A DNA stretch of 63,315 nucleotides, counting the filler, from Octopus bimaculoides (taxonomy: Eukaryota): assembly GCF_001194135.2 (NCBI RefSeq). It is 5 parts of 5 records of this genome, joined end to end, with 100 filler letters (N's around TTAATTAATTAA, not from the genome) between each part and the next. Parts side by side here need not be neighbours in the genome. Positions count along the whole stretch, not along the records: positions 24,948 to 51,936 come from NC_068992.1; positions 52,037 to 58,811 come from NC_068985.1; positions 58,912 to 61,179 come from NC_068982.1; positions 61,280 to 63,315 come from NW_026295079.1; 1 more part is not named here. The stretch is one strand, 5' to 3'. Shown piece by piece: positions 50,277-62,313 of the stretch. The position numbers and the translations under genes are program-made. Every line of letters starts with the position of its first letter. Within the stretch, counting starts at the first letter, position 1. The notes beneath the pieces are model-generated. The model ran no database searches. It had not been told where the DNA came from and saw only the letters and a program-made list of their open reading frames with translations.

Positions 50277-51229
50277 GTGTACTCGGCATCTCTCGAGTGT
50301 TTTGTTTGTTCAGTCAGCGCAAGTGCTGAAGTGTGTCTAAATATAATCAACCGTACGTGTTCTTGTGATTCTTGTCGCGTTTGTTCGCATGCAATTACAC
50401 ACACACACACGCACAGAGGCACGCACACACACATAGACGCATACATACACAAGCAGGCACACGCACATTCACAAGTAATTTCGCATTCACTGTTTATTAC
50501 CCTGAAGCTCTTCCTGTATATCTTTTCGCTTAATATCTCCTTCACACTCAGTTATTTAAATAAATGAAGACAATCACATAACATACATAAGTATATGTAT
50601 GTGTGTTATGTGTGTGTGTGTGTGTGTGTGTGCGTGTGCGTGTGTGAGTGTGTGTTACTGTCTGTGTGTATGTATATATATATATATATATATATATNNN
50701 NNNNNNNNNNNNNNNNNNNNNNNNNNNNNNNNNNNNNNNNNNNNNNNNNNNNNNNNNNNNNNNNNNNNNNNNNNNNNNNNNNNNNNNNNNNNNNNNNNNN
50801 NNNNNNNNNNNNNNNNNNNNNNNNNNNNNNNNNNNNNNNNNNNNNNNNNNNNNNNNNNNNNNNNNNNNNNNNNNNNNNNNNNNNNNNNNNNNNNNNNNNN
50901 NNNNNNNNNNNNNNNNNNNNNNNNNNNNNNNNNNNNNNNNNNNNNNNNNNNNNNNNNNNNNNNNNNNNNNNNNNNNNNNNNNNNNNNNNNNNNNNNNNNN
51001 NNNNNNNNNNNNNNNNNNNNNNNNNNNNNNNNNNNNNNNNNNNNNNNNNNNNNNNNNNNNNNNNNNNNNNNNNNNNNNNNNNNNNNNNNNNNNNNNNNNN
51101 NNNNNNNNNNNNNNNNNNNNNNNNNNNNNNNNNNNNNNNNNNNNNNNNNNNNNNNNNNNNNNNNNNNNNNNNNNNNNNNNNNNNNNNNNNNNNNNNNNNN
51201 NNNNNNNNNNNNNNNNNNNNAACAGCTCC

Positions 51230-51720
51230 TTTATAGGATCCAGTTAGCTCAAGACATCATCAGGAGGAACCATGTCCGGTTTTGGCCCCTACTCCTCTAC
51301 CGGTTTGACGTGCCCCCCCCTTTCGGAGGTGTCTTCAGCTCTGGTGTTGGGTGCATGCCTCCTTTCTTCTATTCCCAGGCCTCTTCGATGCAGCATCAAC
51401 GAGTGTCAGCGTCCGACTGACTGTCTTGTTAAATTCCACTTTTTATACCTGCTGCTAGGCTCCAGCATGCATCCCCAGCAAGTTGTCACGTGACACTGTC
51501 TAAATTTCCCGCTGCTAGGGTCCAGTAGGCAGCCTAAGCAAGTTGTCACATGACACAGCCGAAACTGCAAAGATAATCTGGAACACAGCTGACGAAAGAA
51601 AACTCCGAAAGACCCGTCCTTGTTTTTTCTTGTCCCTCTTGTCATCTAACCGTCTGGATGTCTTGTTGTCGCCTGTTGCGTTCTTCTCCCATTTTTTTGT
51701 ATTCTTCTTTATATACATAT
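51230..51720 (+). mobile_element. Penelope-like terminal region with hammerhead-like core
   Basis: gataatctggaac..ctgacgaaagaaaactccgaaagacccgtccttg...ctaaccgtctggatgt is homologous to 59620-59790 (-). Confidence 0.5.
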
Positions 51721-51936
51721 ATATATTTATATATACTGTTGTGTCTGGGGAGAGTCATTCTCTTTGTGAGTCTTATTATTTAACACACTCACTGGTAAAA
51801 TTTCTACTCATTTCTTTCTATATTTTTCTAAAATGTTAGTTGCGACTTTAAACCTTTTCAATAGTTTCAACAGTTTGCAGTGAAAACTGTTGCAAGACGC
51901 ATCGAAAATTATATATGTATATATATATATATATAT

Positions 51937-52036
51937 NNNNNNNNNNNNNNNNNNNNNNNNNNNNNNNNNNNNNNNNNNNNTTAATTAATTAANNNNNNNN
52001 NNNNNNNNNNNNNNNNNNNNNNNNNNNNNNNNNNNN
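51937..52036. other. Artificial scaffold spacer
   Basis: N-TTAATTAATTAA-N spacer. Confidence 0.9.
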
Positions 52037-52273
52037 CTTGTGCGGGTGGCACATAAAAGACACCATTTCGAGCGTGGCCGTTTTCGTGCGGGTGACACGT
52101 AAAAGCACCCACTACACTCTCTGAGTGGTTGGCGTTAGGAAGGGCATCCAGCTGTAGAAACTCTGCCAAATCAGACTGGAGCCTGGTGTTGCCATCCGGT
52201 TTCACCAGTCCTCAGTCAAATCGTCCAACCCATGCTAGCATGGAAAGCGGACGTTAAACGATGATGATGATGA
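52037..52273 (+). mobile_element. Young family E element
   Basis: Nearly identical to 9756-9962. Confidence 0.85.
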
Positions 52274-52459
52274 TTACTGCCATCTCATTTGTAATACTAC
52301 TTGATGGGGTTTCAGATGTTATTTTAGTCAAGTTTAAAATAATTAGTTAAATAATGGAATTTAGCAATAATCGTTATACGAAAGGAAGGAATTCACAAAT
52401 AGAAGCACATATAATTCAATATACATATTGAATTAAACCTCATGTTCTGATAATTGCAG

Positions 52460-52540
52460 TGATGGAGATGGTACAATGGTAGTTGTAATATTGCTTGTTG
52501 GTGTCAATGGAATCAAACAAGTCTCTACTGAATTGTTCAG
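52460..52540 (+). CDS. Candidate 81-nt phase 2-2 exon (DGDGTMVVVILLVGVNGIKQVSTELF)
   Basis: Acceptor ataattgcag and donor CAG|gtgatt; open frame. Confidence 0.3.
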
Positions 52541-53076
52541 GTGATTGGGTTCGTAGCAAGGTCTACAGGTTTAAATGAAGACCTGTGAGTTAAAGATGAA
52601 GTTTTGAGTGAAATCCTTACAAGTGATATAGATCAATTATTAATTATAAATATCTTTAAAAATCAATATTTCAGACAATCTGAATATGTATAGTTTGAAA
52701 CTGCAGTTAATTAACTTCACATGAAAATAAAGGTGAGAAAAACAGAGGAATAACAATAATGTTACTTCCTTCAGCATTGGTACAAATGTGGTGATAGAAC
52801 ACCAAATCAAGTGATGGGGTTGGGGGCCGATGATATTTTACCAACTACTGAGCTTTTAAGCAATCATTTGGCCAGTTAGTAATAACAGCCAAATCTAACT
52901 CTGGAAGGGATATACTCCAAAATGTATCATGATTGAATAAAAGATGGGGTAATAATGAGTGGCTTATGGGTCCAATGGATGCAGGCTGACCTGTAGCTAA
53001 ATCCACAGGAGCTGAGTCTGTACTTGGGAATGGACAGACAAGATGATGTTGGATAAACAAAATTACTATAGAAGTA

Positions 53077-53480
53077 GGCATGCTTGTGGTAAAAAGCTTG
53101 CTTCCCAACCACAAGGTTCCGGGTTCAGTCCCACAGCATGGCATCTTGATCAAGTGTCTTCTAGTGTAATCTTGAGCCAACCGAAGCCTTGTGAGCAGAT
53201 TTGGTAGATGGAAACTGAAAGAAGCCCATCGTGTGTGTGTGTGTGTGTGTGTGTGTATGTATGCGCATGTGTGTGTGTGCATGTGTGTCTCTGTTTGCCC
53301 CCACCACTGCATGATGGTGTGTTTACATTCCCATAACTTAGTGGTTCAGCAAAAGAGACCAACAGAATAAGTACTAGGCTTAAAAAGAAAATAAGTACTG
53401 AGGTTGATTAATTTGACTAAAATTCCTCAAGGCAGTGTCCCAGTGTGACCATAGTCTAATAACTGATAAAGATAAAGGAT
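53077..53480 (+). mobile_element. Full-length SINE family A, CpG-decayed
   Basis: Collinear with the 43901 copy, with CpG changed to TpG/CpA. Confidence 0.85.
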
Positions 53481-53646
53481 GTATACATATATATATCCAA
53501 TAATATTCTCATAAGATAAGAATTTAGAAATACATTCTGTTGGATAATTCAGAATATATTACCGTAACCATATAGGTTTCCTAGAGTATATCATATCAAC
53601 AACAGTAATAATAATAGTAATAATAATAATAATAATATATATGTAT

Positions 53647-53679
<33 letters not shown>

Positions 53680-53692
53680 NNNNNNNNNNNNN

Positions 53693-53736
<44 letters not shown>

Positions 53737-53738
<2 letters not shown>

Positions 53739-54658
53739 TAGACTACCTGTGACCCATTGGGTCACCAGTAACCTCTGAGCTTCCCAGCAACAGAATTTTG
53801 TTTAGTAGGTTTTTTTTTCTTTTCCAAGTTATTTCGCATGCTTTCAATGAATGTAACATTGAAATCATGTGTAAACAGCTCCTTTCCCCAGAAAAGGACA
53901 TATTTGGCTGCTATTTCTTGCATGCTCTGCTACCACATAACAGGTAGTTCAAGTCCTTTATCGCAAATAGCTGTTACATGGTAGCAGGGAGTGCTAGAAA
54001 TAGAAACCAAATCTTTGGCGGTGTGATATGTTGAGTGCATTCGAAAAAAACCTACAGAAAAAACTATTTCACACTGAGGTTACGAACAGGTCTTTTATAA
54101 AATATTTACCTTTTTTTTAAAGTCATTTTCACTTTAGAATATTTTTTAAATATGCCAAAAAAATTTTTTGTAATGGTATTCACTTGAAAATAATTTTAAA
54201 AAAACATAAAAATATTGTCCGTTTAAAGAAAGCTAAAATATAAATACTTACTGTACAAACAACTTACATTTTTGAAATCACATTCACTTAAAAATATTTC
54301 AAAATGATTAAAATATTGTGTTTAACAAAAGTGTAAATAGAAACGTTTACTGTAAAAAAAAAATTGCATTTTTTTGTTGTCAACTCAGTCTAATAGAAAG
54401 ATAAGAGTTTCTTCCCTTTCAGGATGAAGATTATTTTCGGAACATTTTCCCATTATGCACCGTTTTGTGTATTTATACCCCCAAAATCTCTAATATCTTG
54501 AAAACCAGTTTACCAATTTATGCAAAATGTGTTTCATTCCATTTATATTAACATTTCAGGGTAAACATAATTCATAGTAATTTCCCATTATGTGCTAGTT
54601 TGGCTGAGTAACATTGCAAGCAAGCAAGATTCAAACTGACTTGTAATGTATTATAGAT
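53737..54658 (+). mobile_element. Helentron/HINE-like non-autonomous element
   Basis: 5' ACTAG next to (TA)n, then hairpin gtgaccca-t-tgggtcac; 3' gctagtttgg...caagcaagcaag...gtattatagat. Confidence 0.5.
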
Positions 54659-55261
54659 AGATAGATAGAGGTATGCACACACATCACACATATAAGACCG
54701 TCGGTTCACTATTATCACCTCTTATATTATTGATATATTTATAGGTAATACAAGGTAGACAGTTCATTATAGCGTTCCCCTACAAAAATCACTCAACAAA
54801 AATCATCAACACTGCCACCAACCCCATGTCGCAACCGCTTGTGCATATATCTCCTATTATAACTCAAGAGAGACTAATATCCATTTGAGTGGAATTGGTT
54901 GGTAAGTGGAAACTGGAGAGTCATTGTGTGTGTGTGTGTATGAATGTTGCACTTTCATGGGTTTGCTTGTCACTGTTTGAGTGAAATGGTGATATGATGT
55001 TTACATTCCTAAAAAATCCTTTACTTAAAAAAAACAGATATTGGTTGGTAACAGGAAATGCAGCCAACCATAAAATACTGCTTCATACAGCTGTGTCCAG
55101 CCCATGCAAATAAAGAAAGGCAGGCATTAAATGAACAAATATAATTTTTCAGTATGCAGTGATTGTCTAATTGTAACACAGTTGCTCTTTTCTCTCTCCA
55201 TTTTTTCTCTCTCCATTTTTTCTCTCTCCATTTTTTCTCATCTTATCTTTTCTTTCCGTAG

Positions 55262-55314
55262 AAGAGCAAATTCTCAAACTGTTAAAAATACTTTTCCTTC
55301 TATTTTTACTGAGC
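55262..55314 (+). CDS. Candidate exon (EQILKLLKILFLLFLLS or RANSQTVKNTFPSIFTE)
   Basis: Very long pyrimidine tract (three copies of a 15-bp unit) ending ccgtag; donor gtaaac. Confidence 0.35.
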
Positions 55315-55454
55315 GTAAACCTAATGCATTCTATTTACTTGTGTTTTTACCTCATCTTTTTAGTTTTTCACCATATACATATACTCAAGAAGGCCCATTC
55401 TCCACAGCAAAAATGCTAATGCCATTTCCCCTTGCTGAAGAGGATTGACTTGCA

Positions 55455-55725
55455 AGAGCCCTGTGCCAGTGCCACATAAAAAGTACTTGTACCGGCACCA
55501 TGTAACAGCACCTAAGCCAGTACCACATAAAAACACCCATGCTGGTGCCACATATAAACCACCCAGCAGACACTGTAAAATGGTTGGCATTAGGAAGAGC
55601 ATCCAGCCATAGAAATCAAGCCAAATCAGAGTGGAACCTGGAGCAGATCTCTTGCTTGCTAGCTGTGGTTAAACTGTCCAACCCATGCCAGCATGGAATA
55701 TAGATGTTAAATCATGATGATGATC
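55455..55725 (+). mobile_element. Older family E element
   Basis: gtgccacataaaaag repeats, ttaggaagagcatccagcc, acccatgccagcatgg and a gatgatgat tail. Confidence 0.75.
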
Positions 55726-56625
55726 TATCTATCTATCTATCTATCTATCTAAACACATACACACACACACACACACACATATATCGACTGAATATTGCAA
55801 AAGTATTTAGTCCAAGACAGACATCACTTTCAAAATACTCCCCTAACAATAACGTTGATATTGAAATATTTTTGGTAAATACAAGAATGCAATAAAGTCT
55901 GGTGCTGTCTTATCTTAAGTTTGATCACATGGAATAACTATGACCTGGCTGGAAAAATCATTTCATTAATAATACATTACTAAGGAAATCTCACTGAAAT
56001 TTATAAGTAAAATATAATATATATACATAAATGGATAAATACATATACATATTTATTTATTTATTTATTTATTTATTTATTCAATGATGAAGCTCCATTC
56101 TGTCGCTATATGGAATACATGAATAAAGTTTAGTATATATTAAATGTATTCAGTACTTTTCTCTCTTGTACGTATGTATGTATGTATGTNNNNNNNNNNN
56201 NNNNNNNNNNNNNNNNNNNNNNNNNNNNNNNNNNNNNNNNNNNNNNNNNNNNNNNNNNNNNNNNNNNNNNNNNNNNNNNNNNNNNNNNNNNNNNNNNNNN
56301 NNNNNNATATATATGTGTGCGTGTGTGTATATATATAGAACATTTGATATATAAATTTCAAAGTAAATACAAGGGCTGCCAAGAATTTTCAAATAAATTA
56401 TGACAAAAAAATACAAAAATTTTCCAAAGACATTTTAGTAGAAACAGTTTATGAATAAATAGACAATGAAAGAAAAATCATTTTGTATGTGTGTGTGTTA
56501 ATATACATATCCACTCACACACCAAACAGACACTTATGATCATGGAATTTTATATTAAAGTGAATTTATAACAATTTATCTGAAGGAGAAAATTGGCAAT
56601 AGATTTAATATTTATTCTTTACTAG

Positions 56626-56721
56626 AGTCCTTATATTATCAATATGAAACTAAAGTGCTACCTTGCAACTTTTGTGTTGAATAGAATAGTGAAGAAATTG
56701 GTCAGGAGAATTACAATCATG
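56626..56721 (+). CDS. Candidate 96-nt phase 0-0 exon (SPYIINMKLKCYLATFVLNRIVKKLVRRITIM)
   Basis: Acceptor ttattctttactag and donor ATG|gttaag; open frame. Confidence 0.3.
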
Positions 56722-56900
56722 GTTAAGTGACATGTAGGAGAGGGTATTCACATTCAGATGTAACAAGTAAAGATATGGAATCTAGATGAATCATGATTCC
56801 GAAATACAAATGACAAAATTATATATAAGATATTAGCAATGGAAGAAGTATTATTACCAAACAGCAAATTATTATATTTTATTTAACATAGATATATTGT

Positions 56901-57058
56901 AAGAATGCTGTAATACTGCGGTATTCATCTCAAGGGAACATCACACATAGACATTTAGTGCTAAATGTCTGTATGTCCAGACAGTTAGTGATTGAGAGTA
57001 CTAAATGTCTATATGAGATGCTCTCTCAAGATGAATACTAGAGTATTGTGGCATTCTT
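56901..57058. repeat. Imperfect fold-back inverted repeat (MITE-like)
   Basis: Arms 56921-56962 and 56997-57038 match at 35 of 42 positions and extend outward. Confidence 0.85.
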
Positions 57059-57122
57059 ATAATACATTCAAGTTAAGTAGGATATAAAGATTAGATATAT
57101 GATATATCTATTTATCTATCTA

Positions 57123-57345
57123 AAAGGCAGCAAGCTAGTAGAATCATTTGCAACCCAAGCAGAATGCTTCATGGTATTTTGTCTGTTTCAATGCTCTGAG
57201 TTCAAATTCTGCTGTGTTCAACGTTGCCTTTCATCCTTTAGGAGTCAATGAAATAAATATCAGTTGAGCACCGGGGTTGATGTAATCGACCAACTCCCAC
57301 CTCTTGCAAAATTTCAGGCTTTGTGCTTATAGTAGAAGGGATATA
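57123..57345 (+). mobile_element. SINE family B
   Basis: aaggcagcaagctagtagaatc...ctgagttcaaattctgc...gcctttcatcc...ggggttgatgtaatcgac. Confidence 0.8.
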
Positions 57346-57361
57346 TCTATCTACATATGTT

Positions 57362-57399
<38 letters not shown>

Positions 57400-57770
57400 G
57401 GGGGGACAGTGTGATGGTCTCCATTGGTCAATGTTGACCATGCATCTGCACCTGTATGTGCAGGCCTGAGCAAGCTTCCCCTCTTCATGACACTGACATG
57501 CATCCAAAGGAAAGGCTTGGACCAATACAGCTTAGCACCAGAGTTATTGTTGGAGGTGTTATTGTCAGAACATATACCACAGAGAGGATTCCACTAAAGG
57601 CACCTGGGGTACTTAAGTAGAGTCCACAAGTATTTGGGTCACATCACTGGTTTGAAGACACTCCTCTCATATCAGTCCCAGAGGCCCAGTGAAGGGCTAT
57701 GGTCCACTATCTTTCCTCCTGATTGAAAGTTCTGCTCTCAAATAAAATTTCTTTTTCTTTTATAACCCAG

Positions 57771-57858
57771 ACTTATCTATACGACTGGTTTACACAGACA
57801 ACCAATAAATTCTATTATTTTACTGTCTTCAACCAAAAGATAGTCTTTATATCTTCAG
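57771..57858 (+). CDS. Candidate 88-nt exon (TYLYDWFTQTTNKFYYFTVFNQKIVFISS)
   Basis: Strong acceptor tttctttttcttttataacccag and strong donor CAG|gtaata; only phase 0 is open. Confidence 0.45.
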
Positions 57859-58019
57859 GTAATAGTTCAATCCAAAGCCAAGTGACATTTAATTAATTGG
57901 TGACCAATTAACTCATGCTCAGTTAAATAATGTTCAAGCCTTGTTATTGCCTCAGGCTTATTCTCTCTACATGACATCTTTGATTTTGTGGCACATGGTT
58001 GTTTAGATAATAATTTTAT

Positions 58020-58099
<80 letters not shown>

Positions 58100-58100
58100 A

Positions 58101-58164
<64 letters not shown>

Positions 58165-58481
58165 TATTGTCCTGCTAAAGTGTAATAGTAGGAAGGAGTG
58201 AGGCAGCAGAAGAAAGTGAAGGCATGACAGAGAGGATGGGGAGAGCGAAAGACATAGTTGTGCCAGGCAAGGTGGAGAGAAGAAGGAATTAGAAAAAGAG
58301 GAAGCAATAAAGGGAAAAGAGAAAGAGAGGCAATTGACAAGAGAGACGAGAAAGAGAGTAAAATAAAAATGGAAATAATGGTTAGAGGAGAAAAAATCTC
58401 ACTCACATACCTGTCCACTAAAACATGCAAGTATACATACATTTTATAGAAATACACATACACATGATTATTTTATAGGTG

Positions 58482-58811
58482 ACTAGCAAGCAGTATAACC
58501 CGACCTTGTCCGGGTGTGACTTATTATGCCATCTACGATAAGTCTTGCTAGCTGAAAATCAACTAAAAAAGAAAGCCTTACAATGAAAAAACCCTTATGA
58601 TGTAAATATGTTCATAATTCAAAAGACGATGAAATTAATAGGGAAAGTCTGAAGGCTGTTTTGCGTAAAATTATTAAGCATACGTAAATTTCATCCGTGT
58701 AATTGGCTATAGAAATGCTTGTGCAAAACAACTTTTTGCACTGCCCTGATTATACATAGCAGGGTAATCCCTTTTCACAGGAGCTAGGATGGCAATTTGT
58801 GATGAAGCAAT
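58482..58811 (+). mobile_element. 5' part of a Helentron/HINE-like element
   Basis: ACTAGC followed by hairpin acccg-accttgtc-cgggt; truncated by the spacer. Confidence 0.45.
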
Positions 58812-58911
58812 NNNNNNNNNNNNNNNNNNNNNNNNNNNNNNNNNNNNNNNNNNNNTTAATTAATTAANNNNNNNNNNNNNNNNNNNNNNNNNNNNNNNNN
58901 NNNNNNNNNNN
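58812..58911. other. Artificial scaffold spacer
   Basis: N-TTAATTAATTAA-N spacer. Confidence 0.9.
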
Positions 58912-59619
58912 ACTCTTCCTACATCGATTTTGATGAATCTTGACATGTGAGTAGAACTCATGTCTGGAAACCTCATGGCATACTCAGATTGTTGGAAAAA
59001 AATCGACAACAGGGCCCCTAGAAAGGATCTTTACATATATCTAATATATCTTATTTTAAAACCCATTCTCCACTGGAAAGGATCCTTATATATAGCCAAG
59101 GAAAATAACCCATTTATTTTCCTGATTTATTTGGTATAAATAAAACTGGGTATGCTTATTTCATAGTATTTGAACCGTTAGAGTTATTTTCGGAATTTAT
59201 CCAGTACAACCCTTAAACAAATAAATAGTATTTTCCTAAACAATAGATCCACGTATTTCTGTCAGTGACTTGTTCACGAATATACCAACACTAGCGCCCC
59301 TGAGGATAATATTCTTCTGAGAACCCACAAAAGTCCTTTTCAGAGTTATTTATTTTGAATTGCTATTATCTCATATCTGATAAGCCTATTATTACATAAC
59401 TGACTTCACAATTTGGGTATCCAGAACTTATTGAGAAATCCTAAAATCAAGATCCTGTGTAAGACAGTTCGGTATGCTCTGTAAATGCACGAAAACCGTT
59501 TTAAGGGATATATATTTTGTATTATTGCTACTGGATTAGCAAAACAATTATGAGAACGGAACCAAGGGATAAGCCCCGCTTTCACGGGAATTACTGGATG
59601 CGTGAGATATATATATATA

Positions 59620-60330
59620 TATATATATATGATACAAAATGGGAAAAGAACGGAAAACATCCAGACAGTTAGGTGATACAAAAAAGGGACAACAAAACAT
59701 CGAGATAGACGATGCAAAGAAAACAAGGATGGGTCATTCGGAGTTTTCTTTCCTTAGTTGAGTTCCAGATTATCTTTGCAATTTCGACTGGTTATACTCG
59801 AGATTGTTCCAATCTGGCCAGCCCCAAGGAGAAACTAAGCCAAGAGCATACGATTCCTTGGAAGAAAGCAGCGAATGTATACGAAAACAAGGACGAAAAA
59901 AAAAAACGGAGAATGTTACACAAATACAAATCACCGGACATAACAACAGGGATCTTTCGACTAAGGTAGAATTAAATTAAGCTGGCGTATGTGGAACTAA
60001 AGCCTTACGGCAGGGACGCACGATTTCACAGGCACAGGGAGGAATATAAATGCTGCACGGACGGCGGCCGAACCAAGAAAGGTCAGGCTTGGCCGAACAC
60101 CGGTTACGTGGGGAGAGAATAGAGAGAGGTAGAGGCAGAGGGACAGAAGAAATAAGGAGGGTCGACAAAAAATGACAGGGACACAGTGAAGTGAAAAGAG
60201 GAGGGAAAGTGAGCATGAAGAGAAGGCAAGGAAATGTGAGAGAGGGGGAACGAAAGCATGAAGAGTGGAATGAATGAAGTAAGCGTGAAAGGGCTGACAG
60301 AAAGAAGGAAAGAATAAAAGAATATAGTCG
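59620..60330 (-). mobile_element. Penelope-like terminal/3' region
   Basis: 59620-59790 is homologous to 51560-51720; pyrimidine-rich minus-strand tract; the terminal part is repeated at 60410-60470. Confidence 0.45.
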
Positions 60331-60526
60331 TACAAGATTTAGATAAATATATACTTACATATAAGAGACCAAAGTGTACGTACGCCGCTATGTATATTTA
60401 TATATATAAAATACAAAATGGGACAAGGACGCAAAACATCCAGACAGTTAGGTGACACAAAAAAATACATATATATACAGAGAGACAGACAGAGCGAGAG
60501 GGGTTGTCAAAGAGTGAGAGAGATAC

Positions 60527-60663
<137 letters not shown>

Positions 60664-61179
60664 CGTATATACCTTCATGCATATGTATATACATATATGT
60701 TTAAGTGTGTGATTGTGTGTACCCATGTGTGTGTATATATATTATATATTCATGCATGTGTATCTTTCTCTCACTTTCACACCCCCTTTACCTCTGTATA
60801 TACATATACGCTTATATATACAGGCTCGAAATACGGATGAGAAAAACAGCCGACAACTGATGAAGGGTCGTTGTTTGTGTTGCTTGTCTTGTTTTCCATT
60901 TGTTTCTTTCGTTGTGCGCAAACTCGCGCGCGCACACGCACAGACACACACTTAAACACACATACAGACAGACAGACAAACAGACAGTCAGACAGATAGA
61001 CAGACAGACAGACAGATAGATGGATAGATATGTTTCTTTATTAGCCACACAGGGCTCAACATAGAGGGGACAAAATACAAATGTAGAGTTTTTCTTTTCG
61101 ATGGGGACGAAAATAAAGTAAAAAAATAAAATGGGGATAACGATGAAAAGGCATCGAGAAAACGTTTGGGGTATGTACA

Positions 61180-61279
61180 NNNNNNNNNNNNNNNNNNNNN
61201 NNNNNNNNNNNNNNNNNNNNNNNTTAATTAATTAANNNNNNNNNNNNNNNNNNNNNNNNNNNNNNNNNNNNNNNNNNNN
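61180..61279. other. Artificial scaffold spacer
   Basis: N-TTAATTAATTAA-N spacer. Confidence 0.9.
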
Positions 61280-61280
61280 A

Positions 61281-61476
61281 GCAGGATATAAAGAAAAGGT
61301 CAGATACATTAATTCTACTTACGATCTTTTTACCTATGATAATAAAGATATTAAAATTGATAGTAACAATAAATATAATGATTGTCCTCATCATAAACCT
61401 ATTGACAATAACAAACAGTCACATGTTTTTTTACATTATAGGGGAGGTAACCGACAATTTAAACCCTTTTTTAATA

Positions 61477-61515
<39 letters not shown>

Positions 61516-62313
61516 TGAAGTTTTTTAGAAATAATAATAACCCACATACAAAACCTGAGTCTGATAAAAAATATCTGGCTTATAATTCCATTTGGAAAAC
61601 AGATTAAATCAAATCTGGTTTCCCAGTTCCGAAATGCTGTTAATAAGAATTTCCCAAGACATTCTCATGACTTCCCTGTCATAAACACGCACAAGGTTAA
61701 ATTTGGATTTTCAAACACTAAAAGTATCTTGCAAATAATATCCACACACAATATGAGACTATTAAATTCATACACAGGTACCGATAGCAATAACATTAAT
61801 TCAGACAATACAAACCATTACCATTATAACGATAACAATACAAATAAAGAATTATAATATAAAATATAATGATAATAATTACCACAACATCATTATTTCG
61901 GAAGTTAATAGCAACAGAATTAGTTTTTTTAAGTGATGATGCAAAACTCAAAAACACTATATATCAATGCAAGGTCAGCACCCCTACCAATGTGTCTTTT
62001 TACATTGGATCAGCCTCTTCGCCAATATCCAGAAAAATATCTAACCATTAGTCTTCTTTTAGGGATAGAAATAAATGCAATACCATGAATCTTAGCAAAT
62101 TAATTTGGGGACTTAAAGACAACATATAATTTAACTTAGACTGGATAATTCTCTCCACATCTATACCATACGATAAAGGTAAGAAATTTTGCCCATTATG
62201 CAATACGGAACTGTTCTTCATTTTATTCTCGAAGAATAAACTGGTGAACATGTTCATCAAAAATGCGTACATTGGCAACCACACGCATTGTTTTCATATA
62301 ATTAACCCATACT
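61281..62313 (+). mobile_element. Penelope-like element ORF C-terminal part (RT thumb plus GIY-YIG endonuclease), pseudogenised
   Basis: Thumb-like AGYKEKVRY...NIWLIIPF..FP.H...N..KVKFGFSN...II..HN. Endonuclease NTIYQCKV...FYIGSAS...NH*SSFR...LSKLIW.LKD...W.IL...PY..GKKFCPLC..E...LVN. Contains frameshifts and two stops. Confidence 0.85.
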
